From positions 1-5,054 of the forward strand of contig NW_021830149.1 of assembly GCF_006345805.1 (NCBI RefSeq): 5,054 nt of DNA, written 5' to 3'. A model generated the notes under the pieces. The model did no database searches, had not been told where the DNA came from, and saw nothing but the letters and a program-made list of their open reading frames with translations. This DNA is from Octopus sinensis. Lineage: Eukaryota. Positions 1-5,054 of the stretch are shown piece after piece (the first letter of the stretch is position 1; every line of letters starts with the position of its first letter). The translations under genes were made by a program, and so were the position numbers.

Positions 1-174
1 ATGTATGTATTATGTATGTGTTATGTATGCATGTATGTATGTATGTATGTATGCATGCATGCATGCATGTATGTATGTATTATGCATGTATGTATGTATG
101 TAGTATGTATGCATGTATGTATGTATGTATGTAGGTATATATGTATGTATGCATGTATGCATGTATGTATGTAT
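1..174 (+). repeat. (TATG)n/(CATG)n compound tetranucleotide microsatellite, mirror of 1742-1919
   Basis: Direct reading: ATGT units interspersed with ATGC units. Confidence 0.97.
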
Positions 175-200
175 AGGCGCAGGTGTGGCTGTGTGGTAAG
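175..200 (+). mobile_element. Truncated 5' head (A-box only) of the SINE family seen at 3328-3738
   Basis: AGGCGCAGGTGTGGCTGTGTGGTAAG matches 3327-3352 at 25/26 nt. Similarity ends just after the A-box-like TGGCTGTGTGG. Confidence 0.75.
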
Positions 201-278
201 TTTTGTCTTGTGCCCTCAAAGAGTTGAGAGGGCAAGGCATAATCTTAGACATACTATAACTAATGGGAAAAAGTAAGA

Positions 279-524
279 CAGGTTGACCTGGGATTAAAAA
301 ACAACAGTAGCACACCACATTATATTACATCAGAAAAAAATGTGTCAAAGCTCTGCTAAAAACAGCAGCTAAATCACTCTCGAATTACATCCTACTTTCT
401 TTTCTCAAAAAAGGGGCATTTTGGAAGTAGTCACAATAGCTATCGGATAGTTGTGTCTGGAATGTCTTTTATCATAGGTCTGCACGATCAAAACCCCTCT
501 CTCATGAGGCTAAACAACAACAAC
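279..524 (+). mobile_element. Putative decayed retroposon 3'-end fragment(s) with (AAC)n tail; mirror at 1392-1637 on minus strand
   Basis: Ends in GGCTAAACAACAACAAC (508-524), with a related end CAGGTTGACCTGGGATTAAAAAACAAC at 279-305. Short tandem-repeat tails are typical of SINE/LINE 3' ends. Resemblance to an octopus repeat is from recall only. Confidence 0.4.
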
Positions 525-556
525 ATTGCCAAAAAAAAAAGTACATTACATACTAA

Positions 557-811
557 GGTGGAGGCGCGTGGCTTAGTGGTTAGGGTGTTGAACTCATGAT
601 CGGAAGATTTGTGGTTTCGATTCCTGGACCGGGCAACGCGTTGAGTTCTTGAACAAAACACTTCATTTCATGTTGTTCCAGTCCACTCAGCTGGCAAAAT
701 GAGTAACTAACGCTGCGATGGACTGGCGTCCCGTCCAGGTCGGGAATATATATGCATTTGAAACCGGGAAACCGGCCCTTATGAGCCTGGCATGGCTGGA
801 GAAGGTACATT
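557..811 (+). mobile_element. Full-length tRNA-derived SINE (tRNA-Arg-like head) with 10-bp target site duplication
   Basis: Pol III A-box TGGCTTAGTGG (569-579) and B-box-like GGTTTCGATTCC (613-624). GATCGGAAGATT and GGTTTCGATTCCTGG resemble eukaryotic tRNA-Arg. Direct repeat TTACATACTA at 546-555 and 812-821. An independent paralog lies at 4288-4500. Confidence 0.9.
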
Positions 812-854
812 TTACATACTACGACTATACCCACCATAGCTCCATCAACCTTGC

Positions 855-858
<4 letters not shown>

Positions 859-904
<46 letters not shown>

Positions 905-958
905 CACACACACACACGCACACACACACCACACACAACACACACCCACACACGCACT
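859..958 (+). repeat. (CA)n microsatellite, inner end of left arm
   Basis: Direct reading; interruptions increase toward the palindrome centre. Confidence 0.98.
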
Positions 959-971
959 AACTGGAGTAAAA

Positions 972-977
972 AGTGCG

Positions 978-1012
<35 letters not shown>

Positions 1013-1014
1013 GC

Positions 1015-1060
<46 letters not shown>
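972..1060 (+). repeat. (TG)n microsatellite, inner end of right arm
   Basis: Direct reading; reverse-complement counterpart of 859-958. Confidence 0.98.
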
Positions 1061-1064
<4 letters not shown>

Positions 1065-1107
1065 GCAAGGTTGATGGAGCTATGGTGGGTATAGTCGTAG
1101 TATGTAA

Positions 1108-1359
1108 AATGTACCTTCTCCAGCCATGCCAGGCTCATAAGGGCCGGTTTCCCGGTTTCAAATGCATATATATTCCCGACCTGGACGGGACGCCAGTCCA
1201 TCGCAGCGTTACTCATTTTTGCCAGCTGAGTGGACTGGAACAACATGAAATGAAGTGTTTTGTTCAAGAACTCAACGCGTTGCCCGGTCCAGGAATCGAA
1301 ACCACAAATCTTCCGATCATGAGTTCAACACCCTAACCACTAAGCCACGCGCCTCCACC
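1108..1359 (-). mobile_element. Mirror copy of the 557-811 SINE, duplicated with the palindrome rather than independently inserted
   Basis: Reverse complement of 557-811 with the same flanking sequence on both sides. Confidence 0.9.
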
Positions 1360-1715
1360 TTATTATGTAATGTACTTTTTTTTTTGGCAATGTTGTTGTT
1401 GTTTAGCCTCATGAGGGAGGGGTTTTGATCGTGCAGACCTATGATAAAAGACATTCCAGACACAACTATCCGATAGCTATTGTGACTACTTCCAAAATGC
1501 CCCTTTTTTGAGAAAAGAAAGTAGGATGTAATTCGAGAGTGATTTAGCTGCTGTTTTTAGCAGAGCTTTGACTCATTTTTTTCTGATGTAATATAATGTG
1601 GTGTGCTACTGTTGTTTTTTAATCCCAGGTCAACCTGTCTTACTTTTTCCCATTAGTTATAGTATGTCTAAGATTATGCCTTGCCCTCTCAACTCTTTGA
1701 GGGCACAAGACAAAA

Positions 1716-1741
1716 CTTACCACACAGCCACACCTGCGCCT
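1716..1741 (-). mobile_element. Mirror copy of the truncated SINE head at 175-200
   Basis: Exact reverse complement of 175-200. Confidence 0.75.
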
Positions 1742-1902
1742 ATACATACATACATGCATACATGCATACATACATATATACCTACATACATACATACATA
1801 CATGCATACATACATACATACATACATACATGCATACATACATACATACATGCATGCATGCATGCATACATACATACATACATACATGCATACATACACA
1901 CA

Positions 1903-1938
<36 letters not shown>

Positions 1939-2188
1939 CATACATGCATGCATGCATACATACATACATACATACATACATACATACATACATACATGCA
2001 TACATACATACATACATACATACATACATTCATACAGGCATACATACATACATACATGCATGCATGCATGCATACATACATACATACATGCATACATACA
2101 TACATACATATATGCATACATACATACAAACATCCATCCATCCATCCATACATACATACATACATGCACCCACAAACACACGCACACA
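1742..2188 (+). repeat. ~450-bp (TACA)n/(TGCA)n compound microsatellite, with short (TCCA)n and (CA)n portions at its end
   Basis: Direct reading; explains the six HTYI/MYVC low-complexity ORFs. Confidence 0.98.
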
Positions 2189-2430
2189 TGTATGTATGTC
2201 TGTCTGTATGCATTTCTGTGTGTATATATGTGTGTACGATTAAGTATACAACTATGTAAAAAGCGTTGTTTACGTTGTTTTACTTGATACCTCCCAACTT
2301 AGCAGTTGGACAAAGAGCTAAGGATAAAATAACTACGAAACTGAAGCCAATATAGGGATTGTATGTTCTAGAACCCTCACAAGTAGTGCTTCAACATGGC
2401 CGCCAGTTGAAAAAGGCAAAGTAAACAAGA
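2189..2430 (+). mobile_element. Old, decayed 3' half of the SINE family seen at 3328-3738
   Basis: Colinear matches in order: TG-rich tract; TGTTTACGT; ACTTAGCAGTTGGACAAAGAG (2297-) vs ACTTAGCGGTTCGGCAAAAGAG (3597-); GTGCTTCAACATGGCCGC (2386-2403) vs GTGCTCCAGCATGGCCGC (3685-3702), 16/18; A-rich tail AAGTAAACAAGA vs AAGTAAAAGA. Confidence 0.7.
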
Positions 2431-2675
2431 ACTTCCTTCTTGGCGGAAACCAAACGGAATGAGAGATTATAAGATAATAAAGAAACCAAATAATTTTAAG
2501 AACAATAGCAAAGCTCTGAACGCTGATGACTTTTGACCTAGATGTCAACGGTTTTAAGAGGAATGTCATCGCCGCACCCAAAAATTTGTTTTATATTTCT
2601 AATAAAAATATGTATAAATAAAATGTTGCATAATTAAAGTTATTAATTCAGTAATTGAATAACTAAATGAATAAC

Positions 2676-2828
2676 ATCGCCAGCACCCCCAGCACCGCCA
2701 CCGCCGCCGCCACCACCATCACCACCATAACCACAACCACAACCACCGCCGCCACCACCACCACTACCACCGCCACCACCGCCGCCGCCGCCACCACCAC
2801 CACTACCACCACCACCACCACCGCCATC
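2676..2828 (+). repeat. (CCA)n/(CCG)n compound trinucleotide microsatellite
   Basis: Direct reading; gives poly-Gly and poly-Thr/Ala pseudo-ORFs. Confidence 0.95.
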
Positions 2829-2861
2829 TCCAACTGGTACCACCAGTTATTTCATCAAAAA

Positions 2862-2988
2862 TAACAATAGCAGTAACAATTGCAAGAAGAATAAACAAGA
2901 GCTATAACAACAGCAACAGCAACAAGAACAAGAACAAGAATAACAACAACAACAACAGCAGCAGCAGCAACAACAACAACAAAAACAA
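2862..2988 (+). repeat. (AAC)n/(AGC)n/(AAG)n compound trinucleotide microsatellite
   Basis: Direct reading. Confidence 0.93.
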
Positions 2989-3009
2989 AATGGTTCTTAC
3001 GTTACGAAT

Positions 3010-3216
3010 CAACGACAAAAATGACGACGGTGACAACGCCAACGCTGATGATGGCGTTGATGGTGATGATGATGATGATGATGATGGTGATGTAAAAATG
3101 ATTCAGTGACGCATCTGTGGTGATTATAATTGCAATGGTGACGACGACATTGATGACTAAATACTGACCGATAATGATGATGATGATGATGATGCTGGTG
3201 GTGGAGTTGATAATGA
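3010..3216 (+). repeat. (GAT)n/(GAC)n/(GGT)n degenerate trinucleotide microsatellite
   Basis: Direct reading; purest runs at ~3064-3084 and ~3174-3193. Confidence 0.9.
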
Positions 3217-3220
3217 TTGG

Positions 3221-3326
3221 TGTATATTTATATGTACTTATATATAGGCGTATTATATATACGCAGTTATATATATACTTACATATACGTATATTTCTAA
3301 ATTTTATGTATCTATAAATGTATCAT
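3221..3326. repeat. Degenerate (TA)n low-complexity tract
   Basis: Direct reading. Confidence 0.8.
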
Positions 3327-3327
3327 A

Positions 3328-3738
3328 GGCGCAGGAGTGGCTGTGTGGTAAGTAGCTTGCTTAACAACCACATGGTTCCGGGTTCAGTCCCACTGCGTGG
3401 CATCTTGGGCAAGTGTCTCCTGCTATAGCCCCGGGCTGACCAATGCCTTTTGAGTGGATTTGGTAGACGGAAACTGAAAGAAGCCTGTCGTATATATGTA
3501 TATATATATATGTATGTATGTGTGTGTGCTTGTGTGTCTGTGTTTGTCCCCCTAGTATTGCTTGACAACCGATGCTGGTGTGTTTACGTCCCCGTTACTT
3601 AGCGGTTCGGCAAAAGAGACTGATAGAATAAGTACTGGGCTTACAAAGAATAAGTCCCGGGGTCGATTTGCTCGACTGAAGGCGGTGCTCCAGCATGGCC
3701 GCAGTCAAATGACTGAAACAAGTAAAAGAGTAAAAGAG
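3328..3738 (+). mobile_element. Full-length tRNA-derived SINE (~410 bp) with internal (TA)/(TG) microsatellite and (AGTAAAAG)2 tail; octopus-type family
   Basis: A-box-like TGGCTGTGTGG (3338-3348), B-box-like GGTTCAGTCCC (3381-3391), CORE-like CTTGGGCAAGTGTCT (~3404-3418), internal microsatellite ~3491-3545, tandem tail 3721-3738. Possible degenerate TSD TATAAAT.. at 3313 and 3739. Partial paralogs at 175-200 and 2189-2430. Confidence 0.9.
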
Positions 3739-3753
3739 TATAAATTATATTAG

Positions 3754-3991
3754 CCGCGTCGGAAATATGATGACCTGGTAGAAGAGCTAACAAAAGAGGA
3801 GTACCGTTGCAGAGTACAAGCCGAGGAGGTTGACGCACGTGGGTTTGACGCAGCCTACATGTGCCGACTTCTTGGTCAGTCTGGAATCAACGGTCGCAAA
3901 TGAACAATGACGATGGAACGCCTGTCAGAAACAACTTGGAAGGAGCTCAATTTGGTTATGGGTAAAAAATGAGGGCGAAAGTTGGAACTGA
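3754..3991 (+). pseudogene. Decayed C-terminus of a non-LTR retrotransposon ORF, restriction-like endonuclease (RLE) domain, HERO-like
   Basis: Frame +1 from 3754: PRRKYDDLVEELTKEEYRCRVQAEEVDARGFDAAYMCRLLGQSGINGRK*TMTMERLSETT. After skipping one base (~3937): GRSSIWLWVKNEGESWN*. The order and spacing of KYxxL..EVxxRGF..L.G..SxWLWxK fit the RLE C-terminus as I recall it. Premature TGA at 3901-3903. Confidence 0.75.
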
Positions 3992-4287
3992 AAAAGAATA
4001 CTGTAGACCGCTAAATAGAGAATAGCAGGAGGGAAACCTATCTTGAAAGACATCTATGATACATGTTCTTTTGGTGGTCTTTCTAGCCGAGTTTCCCAGT
4101 TCCTTTTGATGGACGGAATTTCTAGTTAACTAAACAATTTGAAACATCGTATACTGGTAGAATGTGTCAAAGGAAAACATTATTTTCACTTGTTTTTTTT
4201 TGAGAAAATTGTAATTTGTAAGTTTAACGTAGTTTAATTCTTCGAATTTTAACCAATGAAATGCCAGCATTTGAGCTCAAAAGATCC

Positions 4288-4500
4288 GGCTGGTTTCCCG
4301 GTTTCAATGGCATATATATTCCCCACTTGGATGAGATGCCGGTCCGTCGCAGGGTTACTCATTTTTGCCAGCAGAGTGGACTGGAGCAATGTGAAATGAA
4401 GTGTTTTGCTCAAGAACACAATGCGTCGCCCAGTTCAGGAATCGAAACCACAATCTTACGGTCATGAATCCAACACCCTAACCACTATTGTACACCGCGC
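4288..4500 (-). mobile_element. Independent copy of the 557-811 SINE family; 3' tail missing or diverged
   Basis: About 26 differences over ~200 nt versus 1142-1342 by hand count (~87% identity). B-box GGTTTCGATTCC intact on the minus strand; A-box partly decayed. Confidence 0.92.
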
Positions 4501-4504
4501 GATG

Positions 4505-4700
4505 TATACCATAGCTCAAGGATATAAGATCATCTGAAAGTTCTGGGTTTAATCTCGGCTGAAGGTGGTATTTTGAAAGCAGCTGGAGGATACCTAGGAG
4601 TCATGACCTAGGTGGGTATGGCTTCCTTAGGGTGCCAGAAACTAACGGGTGGATTCCCCTGACCAAAGTTCTTCCTCTGAATGTTTCTCCCGCTGTTAAT
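4505..4700 (+). mobile_element. Possible third, decayed SINE-like element
   Basis: A-box-like TAGCTCAAGG (4512-4521) and weak B-box-like GGTTTAATCTC (4546-4556), followed by a body more GC-rich than its flanks. Box spacing is short and there is no paralog in the window. Confidence 0.3.
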
Positions 4701-5054
4701 ACCACAAAATATTTATGTGAGCACATAGAATTTTTTTTGTTTTTAAACAAGATGGAAGCTATAATGTTATTGCATGTATCAAATGCGCTCACCTTAACAT
4801 TCAATAAAATAGAACATTTACTATTAAGTTGAGTAAGAATATGGTATAATATCCCTTTCCCCTTCATCTACCATTTGTATTATTCATTGACAATATCCCA
4901 CACCCTTTCCCTCCCTATCTTTATGGTTATATTTACTATTTCAACCTACTAACTTTAATACTAACCTGCACCAAATTACTTATTAGTATCCGAAATGAAT
5001 ATTTCATAGTACCAAACACTACTTTAAGAATCCAATATCGACGAAACTTCGAAG

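Larger units (their letters stand above)
1..1919. repeat. Large inverted repeat/palindrome: arm 1-958, 13-nt spacer 959-971 (AACTGGAGTAAAA), arm 972-~1919
   Basis: Hand alignment of 175-858 against the reverse complement of 1061-1741 shows only 3 substitutions (343/1573, 500/1416, 553/1363), one 4-nt indel (~707) and one 1-nt homopolymer indel (~699). Region 1-174 matches 1742-~1919 with four 1-nt deletions. Mirror-image ORFs (10..318- vs 1598+; 580..1068- vs 851..1336+) agree. Confidence 0.98.

Noticed and set aside
432-455. Small imperfect hairpin CACAA-TAG-CTATC-G-GATAG-TTGTG
   Set aside because: Short, bulged and AT-rich; expected by chance, with no supporting context
562-635. Possible tRNA gene (also 3328-3400 and the minus-strand copies)
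   Set aside because: No clean cloverleaf or acceptor stem; each continues into a shared SINE body and tail
580-1336. Near-identical 161-162 aa ORFs on opposite strands, with a similar ORF at 4261-4467
   Set aside because: They arise from the palindrome, the (CA)n/(TG)n tracts and antisense SINE sequence; the similarity reflects SINE paralogy, not a protein family
1-1919. Foldback/TIR DNA transposon or hairpin telomere of a linear replicon
   Set aside because: The arms are ordinary host SINEs and microsatellites. There is no transposase, protelomerase or defined outer terminus or TSD, and the outer boundary is just the window start.
1742-2188. CRISPR-like or coded repeat array
   Set aside because: No constant repeat with unique spacers; variation is limited to TACA/TGCA/TATA/TCCA unit swaps typical of slippage
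1598-2287. Overlapping 129-229 aa ORFs (HTYI/MYVC repeats) and their mirrors at 1-318
   Set aside because: TACA/TGCA repeats lack stop codons in every frame; these are translations of a microsatellite with no domain content
2643-2864. Gly-rich or Thr/Ala-rich (mucin- or antifreeze-like) small proteins
   Set aside because: Direct translation of the (CCA/CCG)n microsatellite; no signal peptide or gene context
4601-4867. 66-88 aa ORFs on both strands (also 2333-2581, 3323-3568, 3562-3753, 3641-3838)
   Set aside because: Short, no recognisable motifs, and mostly overlapping repeats; consistent with chance ORFs

Overview
Non-coding, repeat-saturated animal genomic DNA. The SINE families and microsatellite style resemble cephalopod (Octopus) repeats; this is from recall, not a search. 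There is no credible intact protein-coding gene: nearly all listed ORFs are open frames through microsatellites or SINEs. The first ~1.9 kb is one near-perfect palindrome (arms 1-958 and 972-~1919) that folds at a (CA)n/(TG)n tract with a 13-nt spacer. It duplicates a tRNA-derived SINE and its flanks, and is either a fold-back read/assembly artefact (favoured) or a very recent inverted duplication. The rest holds a long (TACA/TGCA)n tract, a run of trinucleotide microsatellites, and full or decayed SINEs of at least two families. It also holds a decayed C-terminal fragment of a restriction-like-endonuclease non-LTR retrotransposon (HERO-like, 3754-3991) that the ORF track misses. I found no support for a novel functional system.
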